From Candidatus Fervidifonticultor secundus (GTDB taxonomy: Bacteria > Sysuimicrobiota > Sysuimicrobiia > Sysuimicrobiales > Humicultoraceae), in NCBI GenBank assembly GCA_031459385.1, contig JAVKIP010000006.1, positions 64,001 through 128,000 of the forward strand: 64,000 nt of DNA. Reading direction: 5' to 3'. Under the pieces are notes generated by a model. It was given only the letters and a program-made list of their open reading frames with translations, was not told the origin of the DNA and ran no database searches. This document shows positions 27,523 to 37,047 of this stretch, piece by piece. Every line of letters begins with the position of its first letter. Position 1 is the stretch's first letter. The translations under genes were made by a program, and so were the position numbers.

Positions 27523-27592
27523 GGCCAGCGCCGCCAGCCCGGCGTACCGGACGAGCAGGCCCAGACCGACGACAGGGCGGCGGGAGGCGGCG

Positions 27593-28516
27593 TCAGTAAT
27601 ACCTCCACCCCCCGTGCCGGAAGAGGCGGAAGGTCACCGCCGAGAGAACCAGCACCGCGGCGGCCAGCACTACGCCCAGCGCGGCGGCGTAGCCCAGGTC
27701 CAGCTGCTGGAAGCCCCGGTCGAACATGTAGTAGAACATCGTGTAGGTCCGAAACATCGGCCCCCCGCCGGTCATCACGTAGATCTCCTCAAAGACTTTC
27801 AATGCCGCAATCGCGCTGATCGTAGACGCCAGCAGGATCGACGGCCGCAGCAGCGGCAGCGTGACCCACCGGAAGACCTGCCACCGGGTGGCGCCGTCGG
27901 CGGCGGCCGCTTCCTCGTACTCGGGCGGGATACCCTGGAGCCCGGCCAGGTAGATCACCATGTAGTACCCGAGGCCCTTCCACAGCGTCACGACCATGAC
28001 GGCGAAGAGCGCCAGGTCCGGATGCCCCAGCCACGCCACCGGCCGGGCGAGCAGGCCCAGACGCGTCAGGACGAAGTTCACCAGGCCGTCCTGCTCGTAG
28101 AGCCACCGCCACATCAACCCGGCCACCACCATGGAGGTGACCACGGGCAGGTAGTACGCGGCCCGGAACCAGGTGATCCCCCGCAGCGGCACGTTCACCG
28201 CCACGGCCAGTCCGATGGACAGGATCTGGAGCACGGGCACGACCAGCAGGTACTTCAGCGAGTTCCCCAGTGCGATCCAGAAGAACCGGTCGCCCGCCAG
28301 GGCCCGAAAGTGGGCGAGCCCCACGAATCGCGGCGGCGAGATCACGTCGTAGTCGAACAGCGCCAGCAGCGTGCCGACCGCCACCGGGTAGAAGGTGAAG
28401 AGCGCCAGCAGCACCAGAGCCGGCGTCAGGAACAGGTAGGCCACCACGGCCCGGCGCCAGCGCCGCGGCAGGCGCGCCCCCCGCTCTGCGGCCCCGGCCC
28501 CGCTGCGCGCCGGCAT
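27593..28516 (-). CDS. Carbohydrate ABC permease (MalF/UgpA-like)
   Basis: 'YLAGLQGIP..YEEAAAADGA', 'MTGGGP'. Confidence 0.92.
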   Translation of the reverse strand: MPARSGAGAAERGARLPRRWRRAVVAYLFLTPALVLLALFTFYPVAVGTLLALFDYDVISPPRFVGLAHFRALAGDRFFWIALGNSLKYLLVVPVLQILSIGLAVAVNVPLRGITWFRAAYYLPVVTSMVVAGLMWRWLYEQDGLVNFVLTRLGLLARPVAWLGHPDLALFAVMVVTLWKGLGYYMVIYLAGLQGIPPEYEEAAAADGATRWQVFRWVTLPLLRPSILLASTISAIAALKVFEEIYVMTGGGPMFRTYTMFYYMFDRGFQQLDLGYAAALGVVLAAAVLVLSAVTFRLFRHGGWRYY

Positions 28517-29523
28517 CACGGGGCCAGGACGTCGCACAGCCGCCGCAGTGACTCCACGTACCGGTAGTTGATGCCGGAGTGGTCGTCATCGAACTCGCGG
28601 TACTCGTGGGCCACGCCCAGCGCCTCCAGCCGCCGGTGCAGCGCCCGCGCGCCGAAGTGCAGGTTGTACTGGTCGCGGGTCCCGCACTCGAAGTACAGGA
28701 GCCGGAGGCGCCGCAGGGCGTCGGCGTGCGACCCGGCCATGCGCACCGGATCCCGTGCCAGCCACCGTTGCCACGTGGCGTCTACGATCTCGCCGGTGGT
28801 CGGATCGACCGGGAGATCGAAGAAGAACGGCGGCCGCGCCGGGTTGGGCGAGTAGGCCATGGCCATCGCGGCAATGTTGACCGCGGTGAGGGCCTCGGGC
28901 GTCTTCTTGGGCATCTCCAGGAACGCCCGCAGGAACGCCTCGACCCCGCCGTACTTGCCGACGGTGGCGCAGAACTTCCAGAAGTCGGGCAGGTAGCAGG
29001 CCTCAAAGAGCATGTCGCCGCTGTGCGAGGCCGCGGCGCCGAAGACGTCTGGGTGGCGCATGGCCAGCACCAGGGCGCCGTAGCCGCCGCTCGACTTGCC
29101 GTCGATGCCGCGGTGGGCCGGCGAGGGGAGCGTGCGGTAGCGCCGGTCCACGTACGCGACGAGCTCGTGCACGACGAAGTCCTCGTAGCGCCCCGTGGCC
29201 TCCGAGTTCAGGTACTGGCTGCCTCCGAACTTCGTGAACCCGTCGACCATCACCAGGATCGCCGGGGGCGCGCCGGCCGCCATGGCGCGGTCCATGCACT
29301 CCGGGAGCGACGGCACCCAGGGGTTGTAATTGATGGCTGCCAGCGCCGTGCCGGTGAAGCCGTGCAGCCAGTAGATCACCGGGTACGCCGCCTGCGTCCG
29401 GTCGTAGTCCGGCGGCAGGTAGACGGGGATGCGGCGCACGGCCGGATCGCCCAGCGGATTGCCCGCCAGCACGCGGCTCTCGATCTGCTCGACGACGAGG
29501 GTCCCGCTGCGTCCGCCGGTCAC
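28516..29523 (-). CDS. Alpha/beta-hydrolase, putative esterase (Fes-like)
   Basis: 'VYLPPDY', 'YWLHGF', nucleophile elbow 'GKSSGGYG', 'FDDDH'. Confidence 0.87.
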   Translation of the reverse strand: MTGGRSGTLVVEQIESRVLAGNPLGDPAVRRIPVYLPPDYDRTQAAYPVIYWLHGFTGTALAAINYNPWVPSLPECMDRAMAAGAPPAILVMVDGFTKFGGSQYLNSEATGRYEDFVVHELVAYVDRRYRTLPSPAHRGIDGKSSGGYGALVLAMRHPDVFGAAASHSGDMLFEACYLPDFWKFCATVGKYGGVEAFLRAFLEMPKKTPEALTAVNIAAMAMAYSPNPARPPFFFDLPVDPTTGEIVDATWQRWLARDPVRMAGSHADALRRLRLLYFECGTRDQYNLHFGARALHRRLEALGVAHEYREFDDDHSGINYRYVESLRRLCDVLAP

Positions 29524-29530
29524 GGCCGCC

Positions 29531-30772
29531 TCACAGCCGCGCGTTCCACTGCGCCACCGCCCAGTCGAGGGCCGCCTGCGGCGTGCGCCGGCCGTAGAAG
29601 GCACTCTCGATCGCCTCCCGGAACACCCGGAAGAGGTCGCCCTGGTGCGGCACCACCACGCTGAGGTCGCGGGCCAGCGGCAGGTCGGCCGCGGCCACCC
29701 TGCGCGCGAGGTCTTCGGGGCTGGGGCCGCCGCGCCGGAAGAACGGGTCGGCGGCGGCGCGCCGCGTGGACGGGAAGACCACGACCCGCTTGCCAAACGC
29801 CAGCTGGTTCTCGTCGTTGGCCACGAACAGCGCGAAGGCGACGGCTTCCCTGACGTGCCGGCTGGCCCTGGGCACCGCCAGCGTCATCGTGGCCAGGTGC
29901 AGCGTCTTCCCCCTGCCCTTCGGGTAGGGCGCCACAGCGGTCCGGGCGTAGACGTCGGGGTTGTCGGTCTTCACGCGCAGCAGGAACTGCGGACCGGTGA
30001 TGAGCATGCCGAGGCGCCCGGCGCTGTAACGCTCGGTGGCGCCCAGGTAGCCGCGGCGCAGGGTGTCTTCGGGGAAGTAGTCGCCCCGGAACAGCTCCAC
30101 GTAGCGCGCCAGGTACTGCGCGTGCGCCGCGGAGTTGAACACCGCTCGCCGCCCGTCGGCGCTGAGGATCGGCAACCCGGCCTCCTGGAAGCGGTGCAGC
30201 ATCCGCACGCCCTCGACGTTGGGCATAAACCCGTAGACGCCCGCGCGGTCCTTGATCTGGCGGGCGTGCTGGATCATGGCGTCCTCGGTCGCGGGCGGGG
30301 CGTGCGGGTCCAGGCCGGCCAGCCGGTAGATGGCGGTGTTGTAGGCGATGACGTTGGGCACCACGTACCAGGGCACCCCGTAGGTCCGGCCCCCGAGCTG
30401 CGCCGATCGCCACAGCCCCTCGAAGTAGCGCGCTCGGACCTCGGCCGGGATCGCGGCGTCCATGTCCACCAGCGCAGTCCGCTGCGCCAGCCGGATCGTC
30501 ATCTCGGTGTTGAGGTTCACGACGTCGGGCGGCACGCCGCCGGCCAGCGCCGCCAGCAGCTTCTGCTCGATGGCCTGGAACTGCACGTCGACCCACCGCA
30601 CGCGGACGCCCGGGGTCGCCCGCTCGTAGGCCGCGATCAGCCCGTGCACGTAGTCGTTGAAGAACGGCTGGAGCGCGATCGTCCAGAACTCCAGCGTCAC
30701 CGCGGGGGCTGCGGCCGGCCATCCGGTCCCCACCAGGACCAGCGCGACCAGCAGCAGCGCGATCTGCCTCAT
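29531..30772 (-). CDS. Sugar ABC substrate-binding protein
   Basis: Signal peptide MRQIALLLVALVL, 'LEFWT', 'PPDVV', 'YGVPWY'. Confidence 0.9.
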   Translation of the reverse strand: MRQIALLLVALVLVGTGWPAAAPAVTLEFWTIALQPFFNDYVHGLIAAYERATPGVRVRWVDVQFQAIEQKLLAALAGGVPPDVVNLNTEMTIRLAQRTALVDMDAAIPAEVRARYFEGLWRSAQLGGRTYGVPWYVVPNVIAYNTAIYRLAGLDPHAPPATEDAMIQHARQIKDRAGVYGFMPNVEGVRMLHRFQEAGLPILSADGRRAVFNSAAHAQYLARYVELFRGDYFPEDTLRRGYLGATERYSAGRLGMLITGPQFLLRVKTDNPDVYARTAVAPYPKGRGKTLHLATMTLAVPRASRHVREAVAFALFVANDENQLAFGKRVVVFPSTRRAAADPFFRRGGPSPEDLARRVAAADLPLARDLSVVVPHQGDLFRVFREAIESAFYGRRTPQAALDWAVAQWNARL

Positions 30773-30815
30773 CTCGACGCTGGTTCGGGCGCCTGTGGGG
30801 GCAGTCCTGCCGGCA

Positions 30816-31790
30816 TCAGGCGGGCGTGGCGTCCAGCACGTGGAACGTGGCCAGGCGCCCATCGCCCAGCCGCCACTCTACTGTGATCGGATGCGCGAAC
30901 TCCGGGGCCAGGCGGCCCTGCTCGATCCAGCGGCGGCCGCGCGCGTCGCCGGCCAGCGCGGGGCCCGCGCGCACGACCAGGCGCAGGGGGCCTTCGACCA
31001 TGCGCACCTCGTCGAGCACCGCAAGCGCGCTTAGCGCGGCCTCCACCGCGGCGCGCACCGGGTCGGGCGGCGCCGGCCGGATGTTGACCAGCGCCACGTT
31101 CCGGCGCAGCGGTCCGATGATCTTCACGTTGGCCAGCTCAGCGCTCCACCCCGCCTCCGCCAGGGTCCGCAGGAGCACCTCGTTGGCCTCGGCCACCGCG
31201 CGGCCATGGTAGTCCGGGTTCACCAGCGGCTTGAGCAGGTGTTTGAGCTTGCACCCCTCGCGGCCCGGCGCCTCGCCGATGCGCGGGATCCGCAGGCCCA
31301 GCTCGTCGGCCAGCGCGCGGATCTGGGGCTTCTCGAGGTCCAGCAGCGGCGCGTAGAAGCCGCCGTGCAGCCGCAGGCCGCGCTGCCCCCAGGTGTCGCT
31401 GCGATTCGAGCCCGTCAGCACCAGCCGCCCCCGGGCGGCCGCCTGCACCAGGCCCAGCTTGATCTCGCGCGTGCAGCGGTTGCAGGCAGGCCCGGCGCGC
31501 TGCACCACGTGCTGCAGTTTCTGGCCCAGCAGGCAGCGCTGCTGCAGACCCAGCTGCGCCGCCATCTCCAGGACGATCTGGTTTCCGCGGCGGTAGCTGT
31601 ACGGGCCCATGTTGACCGTCACCAGCAGCACCGAGGGGGCGCCGAGCGCCTCCCTGGCCAGCGCCGCCACGGTCGACGAGTCCAGGCCCCCGCTGAACGC
31701 CACGACCACGGGCTTCCCCGCCGTGACCTCGCGGATCTCGGCGATGAGGCCGGCGGCGAGCGACGAGCGAATCCCCACGTCGGCAGCCAT
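30816..31790 (-). CDS. PP-loop ATP-utilising enzyme (ExsB/LarE-like)
   Basis: PP-loop 'AFSGGLDSS', 'CNRC', 'GSNRSD', 'GCKLKH'. Confidence 0.8.
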   Translation of the reverse strand: MAADVGIRSSLAAGLIAEIREVTAGKPVVVAFSGGLDSSTVAALAREALGAPSVLLVTVNMGPYSYRRGNQIVLEMAAQLGLQQRCLLGQKLQHVVQRAGPACNRCTREIKLGLVQAAARGRLVLTGSNRSDTWGQRGLRLHGGFYAPLLDLEKPQIRALADELGLRIPRIGEAPGREGCKLKHLLKPLVNPDYHGRAVAEANEVLLRTLAEAGWSAELANVKIIGPLRRNVALVNIRPAPPDPVRAAVEAALSALAVLDEVRMVEGPLRLVVRAGPALAGDARGRRWIEQGRLAPEFAHPITVEWRLGDGRLATFHVLDATPA

Positions 31791-31890
31791 TGCGCTTCCA
31801 TTATAGGGGGCAGATGACGGTCGGCAGGAAGTCGCGGGCGCGGTCCGAAGCCAGTACCGGTGTCACATCTCGCCGGGACGGAGGTTGCCG

Positions 31891-32238
31891 ATGAGCATCG
31901 CGCCGTCGGACCAGTCGAACCGCCTGCTCGCCGCGCTGGCGTACCCGATCTGGCTGGTGGCCCTGGTCATTGTGGTCAGCGACCTCAAGAGAGACCCGTT
32001 CATGCGCCACCACGGCTGGACGGCCCTGTTCTGGGGAATCGGCTGGCTCGCCCTCTGGGTCGCCGCGACGATTCTCTCCGGGATCCCGTTCCTGGGCTTT
32101 CTGGTGGGCATCCTGACGTTTCCGATCCTGTGGCTGGCGTGGCTGATCCTGTCGGTCTACTATGCCGTGCAGACGTATGAGGGGAAGAGCTTCACGATCC
32201 CCCTGGTCAGCGATTGGGCAAAGAAGTACGCCACGTGA
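31891..32238 (+). CDS. DUF4870/Tic20-like small membrane protein
   Basis: 'LLAALAY', 'DPFMRHH', 'IPFLG', 'FTIPLV'; RBS GGAGG. Confidence 0.78.
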   Translation: MSIAPSDQSNRLLAALAYPIWLVALVIVVSDLKRDPFMRHHGWTALFWGIGWLALWVAATILSGIPFLGFLVGILTFPILWLAWLILSVYYAVQTYEGKSFTIPLVSDWAKKYAT

Positions 32239-32249
32239 TCGCCCGAAAC

Positions 32250-33140
32250 CTATCGGCGGGGGGACGGCGGCGGCGAGGCGGGCGCGCCCCCCGGCGCCAG
32301 CACGAGGTGGGGGTCCGCCCAGATGACGGCCAGGCCGCGGGTGTAGAGCGGATCGCGCGCCCTGGCGATCAGTTCCAGTTCCTCAACGCCTGAGACGTCC
32401 ACGTCGATCACATCGGGCGCGTCGCCGGCACGCTTCGTCGTCCCGGCAAACAGCGACGCGCCGTCTCCGCGCACCTCGAACGACGCGGTGAACTCTGGGG
32501 GCGCGCTGTCCTCGGCGCCTGCCCGCGCCCGAAAGCGCGCGTACCGGCGTTCCAGCCCGTAGACGACGCGCCACTCGCGGTCTCGCTGGCTCCGTCGCTG
32601 CCACCAGTTGCGGTACTCCACCAGCGCCCGGCGGTAGACGACGCCGCCGAGCGCGACCTGGTCGAGGTGGTTGTACCTCGTGATGCCCGCACGCGCGTGC
32701 AACGTCACCAGGTACACGACATCCGGCGGGGCAGGGGGCGAGGCTTGGGCCCGCGGCCCTGCCGCGGGCTGCAGCCGGGCGATCCACTGCCGGGCCACCC
32801 GCGCGTCCTCGCTGCGCGGGGCCAGCGCCACGACGCGCTGGAAGGCGGCGAGCGCCTCCTGGCGCCGGCCGAGCTGGACGTGACAGAAGCCGAGCCAGGC
32901 GTGGGCGCGCGCGTAGCGCGGGTCGAGCGCGATCGCCTTCTGGAGCAGCGGAATCGCCCTGCCGCACGCGCCGCGGCGGTGCAGGGAGACGGCCCGGTCC
33001 ACGTAGTCCTCCGGCGACGGCGCCGCGACCCCCTCGCCGGCGACGCTGCCGAGGAGGCCCAGCAGGGCGGCCGCCAGGACCGCCAGCCGCCAGGCCCGGA
33101 CCGCAGTCGCGGCCCCCACCGTCGCGGGCGAAGACCCCAT
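32250..33140 (-). CDS. Secreted TPR protein with a C-terminal NPCBM/NEW2-like carbohydrate-binding domain
   Basis: Signal peptide, 'KAIALDPRYARAHAWLG', 'FEVRGDG..IDVDVSGVEELEL..VIWADP'. Confidence 0.75.
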   Translation of the reverse strand: MGSSPATVGAATAVRAWRLAVLAAALLGLLGSVAGEGVAAPSPEDYVDRAVSLHRRGACGRAIPLLQKAIALDPRYARAHAWLGFCHVQLGRRQEALAAFQRVVALAPRSEDARVARQWIARLQPAAGPRAQASPPAPPDVVYLVTLHARAGITRYNHLDQVALGGVVYRRALVEYRNWWQRRSQRDREWRVVYGLERRYARFRARAGAEDSAPPEFTASFEVRGDGASLFAGTTKRAGDAPDVIDVDVSGVEELELIARARDPLYTRGLAVIWADPHLVLAPGGAPASPPPSPRR

Positions 33141-34027
33141 CACTGCTGTGGTGGCGGTGGTGGCGGAGGCGGCGACGGGCGGCGGCGCGGCGGGGTGGCC
33201 GGTGCCAGCGCCACGCGCACCACGACGCGTTCGCCCACCCCGACCCGAATCTCGCGGGTGGCAGGGCGAAAGCCTGCCTTCGAGACCCTGAGGGTGTGGA
33301 CCCCGGGCGTCACGCTATCGAGCGTGAGGGTGCTCGTCCCGACCGGCCGGCCGTCGAGGTCGACCCTGGCTCCGGCCGGGATCGTGTGGATGCTGACGAT
33401 GGCTGCCGGCCCTGGTGCTCGTGGCGTCACGACCGACGCTGCGGGCGCAGGAGCCGCGGCCGGGGCCGACGGCGCCGGCGTGGCCCCCTGGTCCACGGGG
33501 CCACGGCGCAGGGCGCCGCGCGCGAGGAAGAGCACCACGACGATCACGATGACCAGGCCGGCCACCGCCGCATCGGCAGCCCAGGCCGGACGCCGCCTCC
33601 CTGCGGCCTCCGCGGCGGGTGCCACGATACCGGTGCCTTCAGGCTCCCGCTCGAGTTGCCGCGGGTCGACGCGCGCCAAGCGCAGGGGCTCCGTGCGTGC
33701 CGCGATCCTGGCCGCGTCAGGAGCAGGCGGCATGGCTTCCGCGAGGGCTGCATCCCGCGTGGGCTCCGGGGCGGCTGCCGCGACGCCCACATCCTCCCCC
33801 GCGGGCCCTGCGGCCACAGGCTCCCCGGCGGCAGCCCGCGGTCCGAACGCGTCGAGGCTCCTGCCGCAGGACTCACAGGTCAGCGCGCCCACGCGGGTAG
33901 CAGGCCGGCCGCAGTGCGGACACGGGCGGCCGCGCAGCAGCGCCCAGCACTCGTAGCAGAACTTGAGGTCCGCCGGGTTGGCCGTCCCGCAGCGCGGGCA
34001 GGTGACGACGGTGGCCTCGGACTCCAC
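33140..34027 (-). CDS. Double zinc-ribbon, single-TM, PEGA domain protein
   Basis: Four CxxC pairs, one TM, 'TIPAGARVDLDG..GVHTLRVSKAGF', Pro-rich tail. Confidence 0.78.
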   Translation of the reverse strand: MESEATVVTCPRCGTANPADLKFCYECWALLRGRPCPHCGRPATRVGALTCESCGRSLDAFGPRAAAGEPVAAGPAGEDVGVAAAAPEPTRDAALAEAMPPAPDAARIAARTEPLRLARVDPRQLEREPEGTGIVAPAAEAAGRRRPAWAADAAVAGLVIVIVVVLFLARGALRRGPVDQGATPAPSAPAAAPAPAASVVTPRAPGPAAIVSIHTIPAGARVDLDGRPVGTSTLTLDSVTPGVHTLRVSKAGFRPATREIRVGVGERVVVRVALAPATPPRRRPSPPPPPPPPQQ

Positions 34028-34216
34028 GCCGGTCCCTCCTGCCTCTCTCCTGCCCGCCGCCGGCCCGGTCAAGGCCTGCCGGCCACCCCCTGTCCTCGCG
34101 AGGCCCTGCTGGAAGAGACGGCGTCGGGATGGCCTTCGGGGGACAGCCGCCCGCCCCGTACGGTGGCGCCGAGAACCAGGCCGGCCGAGAGCAGCACCAG
34201 GTTCTTGGGTGGGCGC

Positions 34217-34307
34217 TGGCGGAGAGGGTGGGATTCGAACCCACGAGGGCTTGTGGCCCTAACGGATTTCAAGTCCGCCGCCTTCAACCGGGCTCAGCCA
34301 CCTCTCC
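34217..34307 (-). tRNA. tRNA-Ser (anticodon TGA)
   Basis: GGAGAGGTGGCTGAG...GCGGACTTGAAATCCGT, long variable arm, GGTTCGAATCC, ends GCCA; TATAAT upstream. Confidence 0.95.
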
Positions 34308-34486
34308 AGCCCTTCATTATAGGTGCGGGCCCGCAGGGCAGGAACACCAACGACCCTGTCCAAGGGGGCGAGCACGCCCCCGTGGTCAGGCCGCAGCCCA
34401 AAGCGGTATGCTGGTGGCACCGGCGCCCGGCGCGCCGCGCGGAGAGCACAGGCGAGGTCGCCTACGAGGTGATCCACGAGGGGGGA

Positions 34487-36070
34487 ATGGTGATGGCGTC
34501 CTGGAGGGGAAGACCTGCGATGGTCGCAGTCATCGTCCTGGCGGTGGTCGCCGGGATGGCTCCCGCAAACTTCGCCCAGAGCCGTCAGCTCGTGCTGGCC
34601 ACCTCAGGCGATGCGGAGACCATGGACCCCGTGCTCACGGCCATCAGCACCACGGGCAGCATCCAGAACCACGTCCTGGAAGGGCTGGTGTCGTACGATC
34701 CCGACGGCAAGCTGCTACCCGCCCTGGCCGAGTCCTGGCGGGCCGTGGACAACCTGACCTGGGAGTTCAAGCTCCGCCGGGGCGTCCGCTTCCACAACGG
34801 CGAGCCCTTCAACGCGGAAGCCGTCCGGTTCAACATCGACCGGGCGCAGAACCACCCGAAGTCGCTGGTCAAGGTCTATGTGAGCCTGATCAAAGAGGTG
34901 CGGGCGGTCGACGACGCCACGGTGCGCATCGTCACCTCCGCACCCTCGCCGGACCTCCCGCAGAACCTGGAGAGTATCGAGATGCTCCCGCCGCGCTACG
35001 TGCGCGAAGCCGGCGACGAGGGCGTGGGCAAGCGGGCGGTCGGGACCGGCCCGTATCGGTTCGTCGAGTGGGTGCGCGACGAGCGGATCGTGCTCGAGGC
35101 GAACCCCACCTACTGGGGGCCGAAGCCGCAGGCGCAGCGCGTGATCATCCGGCCTATCCCCGAGGGCGCCACCCGCGTGGCGGCGCTGCTGGCGGGCGAG
35201 GTGGACGTGATCGAGGGCGTGCCGATTCCCGACATCCCCCGCGTGGCGCGCACCCGTGGGTTCAAGGTGCTGCGCAAGCAGGGGCCGCGGCTGATCTTCA
35301 TCGCCATGGACACGCACCGCGAGCGCGGGGGCCCGCACCCGCAGTTCAGCCCGGGCCTGCCGGCCGGCCAGCCGAACCCGTTCCGGGACGTGCGGGTGCG
35401 CCAGGCGATCTACCACGCCATCAACACCAAGGAGATCGTCGAGCAGGTGATGCAGGGTGCGGCCACGCCGGCAGAGCAGATCCTGCCGCCGTTCATGTTC
35501 GGCTACAACCCCAGGGTGCGCCGCCCCATCTACGACCCCTCGCGCGCCAAGCGCCTGCTGGCCGAGGCCGGATATCCCAACGGGTTCACCGTGCGCCTGG
35601 ACGTCACGACCGACCGCTACGTGAACGACCGCGAGGTGGGCCTGGCCGTGGTGGGCATGCTCCGGCGCGTGGGTATCGACGCCCAGCTGAACGGGATGCC
35701 GCGGGCGATCTACTTCCCCAGGATGCGGGCTTTCGACACATCGTTCCAGATGAGCGGCTGGCTGACCCTCATCTCGAGCATCAACTGGGCGGCGATGCTG
35801 GGGTGCGTCGACCCCAAGACCGGGTACGGGCGCGCCAACTACGGCCGCTACTGCGACCCCGAGCTGAACAGGCTCATCGACATCATGGTCACCGAGATGG
35901 ACGAGCGCAAGCGCCTGGAGGCGTTCCACAAGGCGGCCGAGGTCAACCGGCAGCAGGTGGGCAAGATCCCGCTCTACTTCGAGGCGCTGGTCCGCGCGGT
36001 CAAGGAGCACCTCGAGATGCCCGTGCGGGTGGACGAGTACGTCCTGGCCCAGGAGGTCAGGTTCAAGTAA
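34487..36070 (+). CDS. Peptide-type ABC substrate-binding protein (family 5)
   Basis: Signal peptide, 'PALAESW', 'GTGPYRF', 'VRQAIYHAIN'. Confidence 0.92.
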   Translation: MVMASWRGRPAMVAVIVLAVVAGMAPANFAQSRQLVLATSGDAETMDPVLTAISTTGSIQNHVLEGLVSYDPDGKLLPALAESWRAVDNLTWEFKLRRGVRFHNGEPFNAEAVRFNIDRAQNHPKSLVKVYVSLIKEVRAVDDATVRIVTSAPSPDLPQNLESIEMLPPRYVREAGDEGVGKRAVGTGPYRFVEWVRDERIVLEANPTYWGPKPQAQRVIIRPIPEGATRVAALLAGEVDVIEGVPIPDIPRVARTRGFKVLRKQGPRLIFIAMDTHRERGGPHPQFSPGLPAGQPNPFRDVRVRQAIYHAINTKEIVEQVMQGAATPAEQILPPFMFGYNPRVRRPIYDPSRAKRLLAEAGYPNGFTVRLDVTTDRYVNDREVGLAVVGMLRRVGIDAQLNGMPRAIYFPRMRAFDTSFQMSGWLTLISSINWAAMLGCVDPKTGYGRANYGRYCDPELNRLIDIMVTEMDERKRLEAFHKAAEVNRQQVGKIPLYFEALVRAVKEHLEMPVRVDEYVLAQEVRFK

Positions 36071-36082
36071 CGCGGGCGCCCG

Positions 36083-36113
36083 CCAGGCGGGGGCGGCTCC
36101 CGCCCCCGCCTGG
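36083..36113 (+). terminator. Perfect 14-bp GC stem-loop after the SBP gene (mRNA stabiliser or attenuator)
   Basis: CCAGGCGGGGGCGG-CTC-CCGCCCCCGCCTGG; no U-tract. Confidence 0.6.
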
Positions 36114-36127
36114 GGCGACCGGCCCCC

Positions 36128-37045
36128 ATGACGCGCTTCCTCGCCCAGCGGTTCCTGCAGATGCTCGGGGTCTTCCTGATCATCTCGCTGGTCATCTTCA
36201 TGCTGCTGGTGTTCACCGGCGACCCCATCGAGCTGCTGCTGCCGCCCGCGGCCGGCGTCGATCAGGTGGAGGCGATGCGCCGGCACCTGGGGCTCGATCG
36301 CCCGTGGTACGTCCAGTACGTCCGGTTCCTAGGCAGCGCCGTGCGGGGTGACCTGGGCACGTCGTTCTACTTCAACGAGCCCGCCATTAGGCTGGTCCTG
36401 GAGCGCCTGCCGGCCTCGCTGGAGCTCGTGCTGTGGACGATGGTCGTCTCCACGGCCCTGGCCATCCCGCTGGGGGTCATGGCCGCGGCCCGGGCCGGCT
36501 CGTGGGTGGACCGCGCCGTGCTGGTGGCCTCGCTGGTCGGCATCTCGGCGCCCACGTTCTGGATCGGCATCGTGCTCATCGCCCTCTTCGTGGTGGCGCT
36601 GGGCGTCCTGCCCTCGTCGGGACGGGGCGGATGGGAGCACCTGGTCTTGCCGGTCCTCACCCTGGCCTTCTACCGCGTGGCGCTGTTCGTGCGGTTGATC
36701 CGCTCGGGCATGCTGGACGTCCTGGGCCAGGACTACATCCGCACGGCGCGCGCCAAGGGGCTGCTGGAGCGGATCGTCATCTACCGCCACGCGTTGAAGA
36801 ACACGCTGATCCCCTTCATCACCATCGGCGGCCTGCAGATGGGCGGGTTGATCGCGTTCGCCGTGGTGACCGAGAAGATCTTCGCCTGGCCCGGCATGGG
36901 GCGGCTGCTGCTGATCTCCATCGAGCGGCTCGACTACCCGGTGGTCGTCGCCTACGCCATCGTCACTGCCGCGGTCTTCGTCGTCATCAACCTGACGGTC
37001 GACGTCCTGTACGCGCTGGTCGACCCGCGGATCCGGTACGAGTGA
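36128..37045 (+). CDS. ABC permease, DppB-like
   Basis: 'LGLDRP', 'DYIRTARAKGL', 'IFAWPGMG'. Confidence 0.93.
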   Translation: MTRFLAQRFLQMLGVFLIISLVIFMLLVFTGDPIELLLPPAAGVDQVEAMRRHLGLDRPWYVQYVRFLGSAVRGDLGTSFYFNEPAIRLVLERLPASLELVLWTMVVSTALAIPLGVMAAARAGSWVDRAVLVASLVGISAPTFWIGIVLIALFVVALGVLPSSGRGGWEHLVLPVLTLAFYRVALFVRLIRSGMLDVLGQDYIRTARAKGLLERIVIYRHALKNTLIPFITIGGLQMGGLIAFAVVTEKIFAWPGMGRLLLISIERLDYPVVVAYAIVTAAVFVVINLTVDVLYALVDPRIRYE

Positions 37046-37047
37046 CC

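Noticed and set aside
34217..34307. Long tRNA as possible tRNA-Sec supporting the UGA methyltransferase
   Set aside because: The anticodon loop reads CTTGAAA (TGA, Ser), not CTTCAAA (TCA), and the acceptor stem is 7 bp; this is an ordinary tRNA-Ser.
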